Shown here piece by piece: positions 1-9,116 of a stretch of 64,000 nt of DNA (positions are counted from its first letter, which is position 1; the number at the start of each line of letters is the position of its first letter). Made by a program: the position numbers and the translations under genes. The notes under the pieces were generated by a model, which ran no database searches, was not told the DNA's origin, and saw nothing but the letters and a program-made list of their open reading frames with translations. The stretch is from contig DJVT01000002.1 of NCBI GenBank assembly GCA_002441305.1, forward strand, positions 16,335-80,334, given 5' to 3'. This DNA comes from Candidatus Omnitrophica bacterium UBA6249. GTDB lineage: Bacteria > Omnitrophota > Gorgyraeia > Gygaellales > Profunditerraquicolaceae.

Positions 1-3000
1 TGCTTGCAAGATTGAAAAGCCCCTGCCCCGCAAAAGCCTTTACTTTATCGCTATAATCGGATGCTTGTATATAACGGGTCTCTCCGTTATAACTTACGGC
101 GAGATACCCGGTCGGCATCCATACTACCTGGCCGCCATCGGTAGCGCTGCTAATCCAATTAGGATTATCGAGCAAATACGTATTTATCAACTCGCATTGA
201 CGGCTCGAAAAATCCATATATTTGCTGAAATACGTCAATCCTGTATTCATGGCGGTTTCATTGGCGCGTAAGGCTCCGGCATAGTTGCTGGCCACGCCGC
301 CATAGGCGTTAGTGAAACTGTATAAATCCTGTATCGCAACGGGCATATCTTCTTTCATCTCAAGAGATCCCGTGCTGTCATCGAAATAAGGATTGTTTTC
401 GTAATAATTGTAGTCTGTTTTGGCAACCCGATAAACCGTCCAATTATAATTATCCGTAACTAAGGTAGGAACCAGCTTTGCAAAAGGATGGTCTTCTTTG
501 GCGTTCTCGGAATAGAATTTAGCGAATGCATCTTCCGATCTTGCTTCATAAAAACTGCCGAACATGCGGAAAGCCTTGGCCGGGAAATTTTGATTCGCGT
601 CAAAATTAGCCCATACATTCTTGGCTGTTTCTAAATCTATGCTGATATCTGATAACCCTGCGGAAGCGGCCGCCTGAGCGCCAAAGGTAGGGCCGTCATC
701 GGTGTACCCAATACTGTTAGATCCAGTATAGGTAAGCAATGATTCTGTGAAATTGTTGCCATCCAGAGGCACAAACTGCGTACCGTTATCCGAACCGAGC
801 ATATAAACTTCATGGAAGCTGTCATTTATCCCGTTGCCCACCGCGAAATTCTGGACGCCATATATGCCTTCATCCACCCTGACATCCTTGGTATACAGTA
901 TACTCGCACCGGAAGAATCCAAATCGGTAAAAGAATTGGTAATCCTAAAACGTGGCAGAAGGGCATCAAATGCCTCTCCGGGGATTCCGGTAGAAAAATC
1001 TATAGTCTCCATCTGCACGCTTACGGGATCAAGCTCTCTCTTCTGAGCAAACATGCCATTTACGCTCATCGTGATTTGAGACAAATATAAGCCGCTATAA
1101 TTGCCGGCTCCATAAGCATACTGATTAATAGGCAGCTCTATTCTATTCTCTGTGCCGCTTGCATTGCTCCCCACCCTTGCTACTATATTAAGCCCGGGTA
1201 TCGAACCGCTATCTTCCCCGAAATCCTCCAAAGAAAGGGTGCCCAGTATGGTTTTTCCGTCAGCAGATTTAATATCGGTATTTATGCCGTTCCAGAAAGG
1301 ATTGATGTCTGAAAAAGAATAATTTGTAAAACGCTCTATTGCGTTAGCGGCAAAAATATTATTTTGGTTGTAAAGATAGGAATTCCATCCGTCTGAAGTA
1401 AAGACTTCGCAATCATTGATAAGATCCCGGCTTATCCCCATGAATGAAAAAGACGTGGGGTCGGGTGTAACTAAACTGAATTTCCCTATGCCCATACCGG
1501 TATTCGGGTCCAGCTGCCTTGCCATGCCTATCGATGCATCTCCTGAACCAAACCAGCTCCCCTGAACCAGTTCTAAACCTGAAGAAGGAGATCTGACAAT
1601 AGTCATATAAGCATCGAAATTGGGCTTACCGTAATTCTCGCCATTGATGCCCCCGGCGGTAATGATACGGTCAAACCATGGGATCACTCCACGGGTAACC
1701 GTACCGAGATCCGTGGTAACGGTTGTCGCGTTGGCAAGCGGCATATTGAAATTTACATAAACCGAGGTACCCTTATAGTTATAAATACCCGGCAAAGACA
1801 AAGTGCTAGAAGAAGCCACATTGCGCGAAAAGATTGGAGAGGAAAAAGCCTTATTGCTGAACCCATGATAATAATCTTTATTTTCCAGCAAGGCAAAACT
1901 CATGGCCTTGCCAGCCAGAAAAGCGCCTTTGATAGCTCCATTAGAGGTGCCTATCGTACTGCCCAGATAATTATTTATTACATCTACGCTAAAATCATAC
2001 CCTGTGGCAATAGCATAAACATTGCTGCCAAGCGTTAAATTGGAATTATAACCTAATTCAATCAGATTCGCCGTTAAGATACTTACATCGGAGCTAAGCT
2101 GAACCTTAGAATTATAAGATTTACCTGCGGTTGCGGAATTAACATGTTCAGCCCCTACCAAAACACCGGACTCAACATATACTGCGGCGATCTCCCCTCT
2201 TGTTAACTGTACATAGTTATTTGAAGCTATCCTTACGGCCCGGGGATCAGTCCAGTCCACTCCCAGGCTTCCATAGAAATCTTGCTGGAATTGAGTCCCT
2301 CCCCATAACGCATCCCAATAATAACCCCAATCATCCGAAAATCCCGCATCCTTGGCTGCCTGACGGACATCATTGGCATAACCAAGGCCCGATCCGCTGC
2401 GTTGTATTACTGTATTAACGGTCACCGTGGAAGCTTTCTGGGTAGCCGAATAATCCAGATAATCGGAATTCATAGTATAAGTTTGCGTCGGGGTAGAAAC
2501 AAACTTGGCGGGAGAATAAGCACGAGTAACCGTTCTATTTATTTTCTTAACGGCATTACCCCAAGAGTAATCCTTTGTTCTCCCGGCTCCCAAGATCGTT
2601 TTGCTTTCGGCTGGATTAAGAACGCGCACACCTGCCGGCAAGACGCTTGTCAGGGCATACCCGGTAAACTTGCTTAGAAAGGTATCGATCGGGAAGAACT
2701 CTTCTTTATGGTTGTCTACATAATAAACTCTATCTTTTGATATGCGCGAAACTAAAATATAATGGTCTAAATTTAAATGGGCGATAAAAGGAACCATTGT
2801 CTCAATTACAGAGGAATCTTCTATCTTTACCGGATATAAATCAAGCCCGAAGAATTTAGAGGCCTGAGAAAGCGCATACAGTGAATTTTTGATTATTTTA
2901 GGATTACCTTCTGGCCTAACCACTTCATTAAGAATATCAGTAGTAAGGGCCATTATAGCTACATCTTCTTCAGAGGCCTTAATTCCTGCATAATTTAAAT

Positions 3001-3406
3001 AGTCAAAAATCGCCTTTGAACCACATGGCTTCCCTTTCAGCCACTCAAATAATTCTTCGATTCTTTGATTGGACATTCTTAGTGGTTTGTCCAAAGACAA
3101 GGTCAGATTGGACGAAACCCTAACCGCAGTTACCGGCTTGTTCGCTATTTCTTTTAGAATGTTACGAATTGTTAAAGCAGTATTAATATTGTTGAGGTTA
3201 TTGAAGTGCGCGGGAGCTATGCTACCAACAGTGGGCTTATTCCAAATGACCCGCCAATCATATTCAACGGCTTGAGCAACTTGTTCAGGAAGGAATACCG
3301 CAACCAAGACAAAAGCAACCATGCGGATCCAAGCTTTAAAATTTGACTTGAATTCCTTCTTTGGTTGCTCAAACCTTTTTTCTGTCGGTTGCAGGTTTTT
3401 GGTCAT
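1..3406 (-). CDS. Large membrane-anchored protein with N-terminal peptidase C39-like domain (partial; C-terminus beyond window start, >1135 aa)
   Basis: Absent from the ORF track only because no stop codon lies in the window. My minus-strand translation from ATG 3406..3404 (in-frame TAA directly upstream, AGGT 7 nt upstream) stays open to base 1: MTKNLQPTEKRFEQPKKEFKSNFKAWIRMVAFVLVAVFLPEQ... One TM helix is followed by LKGKPCGSKAIFDYLNYAG and PFIAHLNLDHYILVSRISKDRVYYVDN, which fit the Cys and His motifs of C39-type papain-fold peptidase domains. The remaining ~850 aa are N/S/G/T/Y-rich with no motif I recognise. Other-frame ORFs in 65..3275 are all <=92 aa. Confidence 0.75.
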   Translation of the reverse strand, partial: MTKNLQPTEKRFEQPKKEFKSNFKAWIRMVAFVLVAVFLPEQVAQAVEYDWRVIWNKPTVGSIAPAHFNNLNNINTALTIRNILKEIANKPVTAVRVSSNLTLSLDKPLRMSNQRIEELFEWLKGKPCGSKAIFDYLNYAGIKASEEDVAIMALTTDILNEVVRPEGNPKIIKNSLYALSQASKFFGLDLYPVKIEDSSVIETMVPFIAHLNLDHYILVSRISKDRVYYVDNHKEEFFPIDTFLSKFTGYALTSVLPAGVRVLNPAESKTILGAGRTKDYSWGNAVKKINRTVTRAYSPAKFVSTPTQTYTMNSDYLDYSATQKASTVTVNTVIQRSGSGLGYANDVRQAAKDAGFSDDWGYYWDALWGGTQFQQDFYGSLGVDWTDPRAVRIASNNYVQLTRGEIAAVYVESGVLVGAEHVNSATAGKSYNSKVQLSSDVSILTANLIELGYNSNLTLGSNVYAIATGYDFSVDVINNYLGSTIGTSNGAIKGAFLAGKAMSFALLENKDYYHGFSNKAFSSPIFSRNVASSSTLSLPGIYNYKGTSVYVNFNMPLANATTVTTDLGTVTRGVIPWFDRIITAGGINGENYGKPNFDAYMTIVRSPSSGLELVQGSWFGSGDASIGMARQLDPNTGMGIGKFSLVTPDPTSFSFMGISRDLINDCEVFTSDGWNSYLYNQNNIFAANAIERFTNYSFSDINPFWNGINTDIKSADGKTILGTLSLEDFGEDSGSIPGLNIVARVGSNASGTENRIELPINQYAYGAGNYSGLYLSQITMSVNGMFAQKRELDPVSVQMETIDFSTGIPGEAFDALLPRFRITNSFTDLDSSGASILYTKDVRVDEGIYGVQNFAVGNGINDSFHEVYMLGSDNGTQFVPLDGNNFTESLLTYTGSNSIGYTDDGPTFGAQAAASAGLSDISIDLETAKNVWANFDANQNFPAKAFRMFGSFYEARSEDAFAKFYSENAKEDHPFAKLVPTLVTDNYNWTVYRVAKTDYNYYENNPYFDDSTGSLEMKEDMPVAIQDLYSFTNAYGGVASNYAGALRANETAMNTGLTYFSKYMDFSSRQCELINTYLLDNPNWISSATDGGQVVWMPTGYLAVSYNGETRYIQASDYSDKVKAFAGQGLFNLAS

Positions 3407-3674
3407 TTTTTACCTAATACAAATTAAATAAAAAATAAATTCCCCCCTTACCCCAGAATCATTTTTAATTTTGAAATCTGTTCTTGTCATCATTAATCCG
3501 TTATTATTAAAATCTTTTTAAAATTTTTTATCAAGTACTGTTCAAAAATAGTCTGGTTCTCGTCGATACTGGCAACCCGGCTATCCTTTGAGGCTTTTTT
3601 GATTTGAGGACCCGTGGCTTTGTGTCCCTAGATTTCTCTAGGTTTACCTTTTTCATCATTTCAACTTACACTTA

Positions 3675-3703
3675 AATATAACACTCCAGATCGTCGCTGT
3701 CAA
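3675..3703 (-). promoter_or_regulatory. Candidate sigma70-type promoter for the C39-domain gene
   Basis: Minus strand TTGACA (3703..3698), 17-nt spacer, TATATT (3680..3675). It lies ~270 nt upstream of ATG 3406, implying a long 5' UTR that contains a CCTAGA/TCTAGG hairpin (3627..3642). Confidence 0.4.
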
Positions 3704-3883
3704 GTAAAAAAACGGGCATTTTGGTAGCGCTTTCTTTTAACATTATTCATTTAGAAGCCTGCTAAAAAACACTCTCTAAAAACTGTGTTTTGGTAACCAA
3801 GAATCAATACCGCCATCAGATTATTACTAGAAAACAGTCTTGCCGAGACAGCTTAAAGAACGACAGCGTGATGGGTTTGCTAT

Positions 3884-3946
3884 TAGAATGGACAATAAGA
3901 ATAATAGAATGGACAATATTCTTACTCCTTGTTCAGTCTGGACAAT
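3884..3946. repeat. Triple short direct repeat (core TGGACAAT) in AT-rich intergenic region
   Basis: Identical 14-mers TAGAATGGACAATA at 3884..3897 and 3905..3918 (21-nt register), plus a third TGGACAAT at 3939..3946. Confidence 0.6.
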
Positions 3947-4498
3947 TAATAAGAGCATTTCCTGATGCTTAATTTCATATGGCCGTGTTTATTTTTTACA
4001 ATACTCGACTTATTGCTAATTAAATCTAGCCTAACAAAGAATAACCCAATCAATAAGTCTCAATTATCCATCCTACGGATCCTTAGAATTAAAAGGCAAG
4101 GAAAGTGATTTCGCCCAAAATAAACAGCCTGGTACTAAGATCGTTAAATATTCTGAAAGGGCTGTGCTTAAAACTTGCGATTCTAAAGCATGCAGCATAT
4201 GGCTATAAGGGAAGTAAACATACTTAGCCGGATGTTTATTGCAGCTCTAAATACCGTATTAACGGCACAACAAACCTGCGGCTATTTCTTTAACTGTCAA
4301 CCACATAACGGCAATGGTTTAGTTGTATCGCAAAAGGTCTGCGTAAAAATATCAGGAGGCTCTTTTACAGCATCAAAAAATAAACTGGATGACTGGCATA
4401 AGTTACTGAGAGGCCGGATCGCTGGCAAGATAATCCTGCAATCCAAAAGAAATGAATTGGACCTTAAGGACAGGCATGCATAAAAAGGTTTGCGGGAA

Positions 4499-5356
4499 TT
4501 AGAATCCTCTAATTCCACCCTGCATAAAAGTAAGCAGAATGGGCCCGCCGACAATTATGCCGATTACGGGCATTATAAAGAATATAAGGGGAAGGAGTAT
4601 CTTTATCGGGGCCTGCAAGGCGGTTCTTTCGCCGCGATGGAACCTTTGTTCCCTGGCGTCCTCGGAAAGGACTGTAAATGCTTCGGCAACCGGGGTACCC
4701 ATACGTTCGGCCTGGATGATAGTTTGCACAAAAGAAGTCATCTCCGGAATCTCAAGCCGATGGGACATATCTTTCAAAGCCTGTATGCGAGGTTTACCCC
4801 ATTTTATTTCGTCTACGACAAAAGATAATTCTTCCGTCATTGGGGTGCTCGGGGTGCGTTCAATAACCCATTTTACGGCATTAACGAAATCTAAACCGGC
4901 TTCAATACAAAGACCCAGCAAATCCACCGTCTCGGGAAGCCTGCGCGCAATCATATATTTACGCTGGGTTACCTTCCTTTTTAGATAAAAATCCGGCCCA
5001 ACATATCCAAGAGCAACAGCAATTATCAAAAGCGGGGGTTCAAACTTTCCGACCGCCGCTTGCGCGCAACATGCAAAAATAATGCATAGGAGTACCTTTA
5101 AATTAAAAAAACCCCCTGGAGACATCTGAATTCGTGCGGCATCCAGCGATTTTTTCAAGCTGGCAGCCATGCCGGTACTCTGCAAGAATGCCCCGGTAGG
5201 CAGGATACGGGCAAGGTCAAACGGAGGTTTCTTGAATTGTACGGCCTGCCCCTCTTGAGGCATGTGCAAGAGGGTGCTTGGATGCGAAGAAATCAGCGCC
5301 CAAATAATGAGCCCGGCGGAACCTAGGATAAAAACAAAAATTAATATCTCCATCAC
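4499..5356 (-). CDS. tadC: Tad pilus inner-membrane platform protein, TadC-like (T2SSF domain)
   Basis: 285 aa, polytopic. T2SSF-type region LPETVDLLGLCIEAGLDFVNAV...QAERMGTPVAEAF. Start overlaps the tadB stop (5356/5353). Confidence 0.8.
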   Translation of the reverse strand: MMEILIFVFILGSAGLIIWALISSHPSTLLHMPQEGQAVQFKKPPFDLARILPTGAFLQSTGMAASLKKSLDAARIQMSPGGFFNLKVLLCIIFACCAQAAVGKFEPPLLIIAVALGYVGPDFYLKRKVTQRKYMIARRLPETVDLLGLCIEAGLDFVNAVKWVIERTPSTPMTEELSFVVDEIKWGKPRIQALKDMSHRLEIPEMTSFVQTIIQAERMGTPVAEAFTVLSEDAREQRFHRGERTALQAPIKILLPLIFFIMPVIGIIVGGPILLTFMQGGIRGF

Positions 5357-6198
5357 ACCTTTATCGTACTAAACATCTTTATCAAAACCATCCCCACAAC
5401 TTGCAAAACAACGGCTATAATAATCAGCATTCTGCCTAGATCGCTGTTTAACATAATATCAAAATGGTGTTTATTAACAGAAAGCACCCAGACTACGAAT
5501 ACAATCGGCAAGAAGGACATTATCGCCCCTTGCATACGGCCCTGTAAAGTAAGCGTTTTAATGCTCTCTCTTAATTTACGGTTATCCCTGATTGTAACCG
5601 TTAGCCTGCTGAAGACCTTAGGGAGTTCTCCTCCTGTTTCCCTGGCGACCAAAAGCGCATTTACCACCAGCCCAAGTTCATCGATATTCATCCTCTTTTC
5701 AAGCCGTTTCAAACATTCCTCCAGAGGGATGCCCATTTTATTTTCCCTGACAACCAGCCCCAATTCCTGGTTCATTGGCACAGGCATCTCCTCGACCAAC
5801 ACCTCCAATCCCTGCAAAAGGCTTAAACCGCCTTTTATGCAGCTTGAAAGCATGTTTATTGCGTCTAAAAGCTGATCGTTAAATTTGCTGATCCTGGCTT
5901 TATAACGGGCTTTCAGGATGAAATTGGGTATCGCCACGCCTACAATAACCCCCAAAATCATAAATACCGGAGACTGCATGAGGACGTAACCGGCGCCGCC
6001 GAAGACAAAAGGAAGGACATAATAAAGCATAACGATGCTTTTAGGGCTTTTGTCATAGAACATCTTATCCATTTCTTTAGCGAGAACTGCTTCCTTCTGG
6101 TATTGCCAGGACTGTATTTTCTGCACAAAAAAAGGAAGCAGGCTAAAAGAAATTAAAATAACGGAACATAAAATTAATAAACTTAGCAATATAATCAT
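5353..6198 (-). CDS. tadB: Tad pilus inner-membrane platform protein, TadB-like (T2SSF domain)
   Basis: 281 aa, polytopic. Second T2SSF paralog (NMLSSCIKGGLSLLQGLEVL...VARETGGELPKVF), adjacent to tadC. Confidence 0.8.
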   Translation of the reverse strand: MIILLSLLILCSVILISFSLLPFFVQKIQSWQYQKEAVLAKEMDKMFYDKSPKSIVMLYYVLPFVFGGAGYVLMQSPVFMILGVIVGVAIPNFILKARYKARISKFNDQLLDAINMLSSCIKGGLSLLQGLEVLVEEMPVPMNQELGLVVRENKMGIPLEECLKRLEKRMNIDELGLVVNALLVARETGGELPKVFSRLTVTIRDNRKLRESIKTLTLQGRMQGAIMSFLPIVFVVWVLSVNKHHFDIMLNSDLGRMLIIIAVVLQVVGMVLIKMFSTIKV

Positions 6199-6216
6199 TT
6201 CGCCATTATTGTATTA

Positions 6217-6390
6217 TTATGGAGTATACTGTTCGCCGCCGCCTAAGACATCACCTGTTTGACGGTATTTCCCCTGGAGACTGCGGCGATAATACGCCCC
6301 TGCCGCGATAAAAACTGCGACTACCAAGATAAGTATCCCTAGATATTCTATTATGGATTGCGCTTTATGACCCGGATTTTTTATAGGCAT
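6217..6390 (-). CDS. Small prepilin-like protein (57 aa) of the extended-pilin family
   Basis: Below the track cutoff. My translation: MPIKNPGHKAQSIIEYLGILILVVAVFIAAGAYYRRSLQGKYRQTGDVLGGGEQYTP. GGTGGA sits 5 nt upstream of ATG 6390. It overlaps the 3' end of the upstream ORF by 26 nt. It shows the same Q-S-x-x-E-Y, hydrophobic helix, Y-x-R-[RG]-x-Q-G and QY pattern as the genes at 9800..11497. Confidence 0.55.
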   Translation of the reverse strand: MPIKNPGHKAQSIIEYLGILILVVAVFIAAGAYYRRSLQGKYRQTGDVLGGGEQYTP

Positions 6391-7105
6391 TATAGTCCAC
6401 CGAGATACTTGTTTTTTTCAATGGGATCAAGTCGCTGCCGAACTTGGCATTCAAATTCTCGGAAACCTTTATTTTGCAGTTTTCTTTATTCTCTTTCCTG
6501 CGAAACAGCAAGACGGTATTCTTGGAAATCCCCGTTACCGGATTCCGGGCGGCAAGCTCCCATCCGTATTTCAGCATAGCAGATTCATAGAAAAAAACCA
6601 CATCTTTTACGCTATCATCGGTTTCATATACGAATGAGATTTTACCAAGGAACTTCAAAGAAATGGTCTGGATACTGCCGGGATAAACAGGCATAAAACT
6701 TACCCTATCGGGTTTTTTCTTGCTCATTGACAGAAATTCTTCTTTATCCGGGGTGTTCCCTATGGTTATACTGAATTTACTCTCTTTCTCTGGATTGCCC
6801 GAAGGATAGAATTGAATTGTGGCCAAATGCTTGTCTTTTGAGAATACCCCTTTACCTGCCACGCTCCATCCTGCCTGGGATAGTTTTTCTTCATAAAAAT
6901 CATATATCTCGCCCTCTCCCAAAAAGGTTTTATACATGCTTGTAGACATCTTTACTGGACCAAACTCCGAGCTTCTTTCATTAATTTTAGAAGTTTGGGA
7001 GGGAACCGGCATCCTGAAATTGGCGGCAAATAAAACAGGAGTAGCAACAAAAATAACCAAGAATAAACTCAATAAAAAATTCCCTAATAATCTGTAAATA
7101 CGCAT
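6365..7105 (-). CDS. Secreted/membrane-anchored hypothetical protein with internal duplication
   Basis: The track ORF starts at GTG 7120; ATG 7105 with GGGAG upstream is preferred (246 aa). Signal/anchor LLGNFLLSLFLVIFVATPVLFAANF. Two similar modules (IYDFYEEKLSQAGWSV / VVFFYESAMLKYGWEL). No family recognised. Confidence 0.6.
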   Translation of the reverse strand: MRIYRLLGNFLLSLFLVIFVATPVLFAANFRMPVPSQTSKINERSSEFGPVKMSTSMYKTFLGEGEIYDFYEEKLSQAGWSVAGKGVFSKDKHLATIQFYPSGNPEKESKFSITIGNTPDKEEFLSMSKKKPDRVSFMPVYPGSIQTISLKFLGKISFVYETDDSVKDVVFFYESAMLKYGWELAARNPVTGISKNTVLLFRRKENKENCKIKVSENLNAKFGSDLIPLKKTSISVDYNAYKKSGS

Positions 7106-7159
7106 TAAACTGGCTCCCACGTGTCTTTCGATAAATAAACTGGTTAATCTCCCGGGCTC

Positions 7160-8869
7160 TTAATCAATGCTTACTATCTGGGTTTCGTAGTTATCTTTAA
7201 AATCCTTCAACACCCCCTCGCCATGAAACTCTGCGGTGCTGGTACTTGTAGTAGCTGAATAAGGACTGCAGGTCTCCTCGCGCTCATTATATAAATTCTC
7301 ACAAAACGAGGATACACTGCATTTTGTCTGCCAAGCAGCAGGAGGACCTTCAAATACAGGATCATCGCCTATATTTATAATCATCGGGGTATCTTCATAA
7401 AAACTTGTCAGTTCATTCGAAGCTCCTTCGAAAGCACTATTGGCTTCATCATATCCTGCCTCGCCTTCTTGAAAGCCGCCGAGGGCTTCATCCGCATCGC
7501 TTACCGAACCGGTAAGCGTTTCATAACTGCCGCATATTTCTCCGGAATCAACGAATAAGCCTGCTTCAGTAAGCCATACATTTTTATATGTATCGGCATC
7601 CCTGGAATAAAGAGTCGCAATAGTTAAATCACTGCTCGAGGCATCGGAATTTTTAAGGATAGCATCAAGCGCTGCACATACTGATTCCTGTTTTGTCGTA
7701 AGAGCCTGCTTCCTGTTAGTCGCAGGGTCATAATAGTTAGGGTGGGCGTCGCAGGGGGGGTCTACAGCGTCACAGCATTCTTGAGCATAAACGGTCAATT
7801 GATAAATATCCTGCCCTTCTGTCGCGTTAATCGCTAAATTGTTATAAATACAAACCATGATGACCGTCAATGCCTTATAAGCTATCTGGTTAAAAGGATC
7901 GTCTGAAATAGAGGTTTCTTCGAATTCTATAAGATTTAATACATCACTTGGGATATTAAACGTCTTGTCATCCGGATAAGCCTTGTTTGTATATCTAAGT
8001 TTATAGTCGGTCAATTTCGGCATTTCCAGCGTTACAGTAGCCCCGCAAGTGCTCGTACCGCATTTTGAATCCCAATTCCAATCATAAGTTGAATTACTGG
8101 TAGTATCCTGGAAGGAGGCGTCATCTTTATACTTGCCGGTTCCCATCCAATAGCTAAATTTATCGCTGTTCGGGGACCTGGAAGACGTTCCGCTGTTATT
8201 AAAAGCATACTGCATCCCTACATCTTTGGCCTGTTCAATAGAATCATCCATAAGGTTCCTGGCCTGGCAATAATTTGCCACCTGCGACTGCTTAAAGCTA
8301 TCCGTAATTTGTTGAAGATAATAAGCAAGGACGTAACTGGCATAAAAAAAGTGCGCTGATGTCAACGCAAATGAAGCAGCTCCGATGACATCCTCGCTTT
8401 CGCTAAAGTTTTTTTCTGCCCCTTGTTGTTGATTTACCCAAATAGCACAATACTCTTCTGTAGTATCGATCTTTGCCAATGCCTCATAGGCCTTGTTTTT
8501 TGCTTGCTGAGCGTAAGTTTTGCCCTCATCACTATATCCGGAAAAATCCGCAATTCCTTCGCATTCATGTAAAAAATTATACAGATAATGGTAATTGGCC
8601 AAAGCGTAATCATAGTATTCATCCATATCCCTATTCTCAATGGCCAACTCATTAAAGGCCCCGGCCATAACAGAACCTGCGGCTAAAGAACAGGCGTCTG
8701 CGCCATTGGAAACGTTGGTTTTGCTTATTGCGCTTTTTCCTGCCGAAATGGCAATTTTTGCGCCTACAATCAAAATAACTATAAAAATAAGCAATAACGG
8801 AAATACCTGCCCTGCCGGCTTTCCCGCCGGACAAAAGCCTTTATTCCCGGGCAATCGGTGGATAAACAT
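7160..8869 (-). CDS. TadG-like large pilus-associated protein, Cys-rich (569 aa)
   Basis: The track ORF (609 aa) begins inside the upstream gene. ATG 8869, preceded by GGGGGAAAAGG and 10 nt after the stop of 8880..9116, is preferred. The N-terminus PAGQVFPLLLIFIVILIVGAKIAISAGKSAISKTNVSNGADACSLAAGSVMAG resembles the TadE/G-like N-terminal domain. About 16 Cys by my count; the rest is D/E/N/S/T/Y-rich. Confidence 0.6.
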   Translation of the reverse strand: MFIHRLPGNKGFCPAGKPAGQVFPLLLIFIVILIVGAKIAISAGKSAISKTNVSNGADACSLAAGSVMAGAFNELAIENRDMDEYYDYALANYHYLYNFLHECEGIADFSGYSDEGKTYAQQAKNKAYEALAKIDTTEEYCAIWVNQQQGAEKNFSESEDVIGAASFALTSAHFFYASYVLAYYLQQITDSFKQSQVANYCQARNLMDDSIEQAKDVGMQYAFNNSGTSSRSPNSDKFSYWMGTGKYKDDASFQDTTSNSTYDWNWDSKCGTSTCGATVTLEMPKLTDYKLRYTNKAYPDDKTFNIPSDVLNLIEFEETSISDDPFNQIAYKALTVIMVCIYNNLAINATEGQDIYQLTVYAQECCDAVDPPCDAHPNYYDPATNRKQALTTKQESVCAALDAILKNSDASSSDLTIATLYSRDADTYKNVWLTEAGLFVDSGEICGSYETLTGSVSDADEALGGFQEGEAGYDEANSAFEGASNELTSFYEDTPMIINIGDDPVFEGPPAAWQTKCSVSSFCENLYNEREETCSPYSATTSTSTAEFHGEGVLKDFKDNYETQIVSID

Positions 8870-8879
8870 CCTTTTCCCC

Positions 8880-9116
8880 CTACTTCTTAAGAAAATATAT
8901 CTGGTCATCGGTAATCTCCGATGCGCCATAAGGAACTGCGGGCTCTCCCGCGGAATCCCTTGAACCTGCCTGGACCCTGGTATCTTCATAGCTTCCCTGC
9001 CGGGCCCAAATCTGATCCTTTGACCAAGACCATAAATTCAACAGGCCGGCGATCAAAGCTACCGCTATTATAAAGATTAAAGTAAATTCTAAAGTGGCCT
9101 GGGCCTTTTTCATCAT
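8880..9116 (-). CDS. TadE-like pseudopilin (78 aa)
   Basis: MMKKAQATLEFTLIFIIAVALIAGLL...: short basic leader, then Q-A-T-L-E-F and a hydrophobic helix. Start overlaps the upstream stop (9116/9113). Confidence 0.6.
   Translation of the reverse strand: MMKKAQATLEFTLIFIIAVALIAGLLNLWSWSKDQIWARQGSYEDTRVQAGSRDSAGEPAVPYGASEITDDQIYFLKK

Noticed and set aside
65-3275. Eight short ORFs (60-92 aa) listed in the track on both strands in the first 3.3 kb
   Set aside because: All lie inside, or antisense to, the continuous 3406-nt minus-strand frame encoding the C39-domain protein. None has an RBS or a recognisable motif.
3884-3946. Possible CRISPR-like or tandem-repeat array
   Set aside because: There are only three short copies of an 8-14 nt core with irregular spacing (21 and 29 nt). 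There is no repeat-spacer architecture and there are no cas genes. It fits a protein-binding site array better.
3790-4483. ORFs 3790..3972 (60 aa) and 4190..4483 (97 aa) in the AT-rich spacer as possible small genes
   Set aside because: They have TTG/ATG starts without an RBS, no recognisable motif, and codon composition unlike neighbouring genes. The region is kept only as non-coding of interest; coding cannot be fully excluded.
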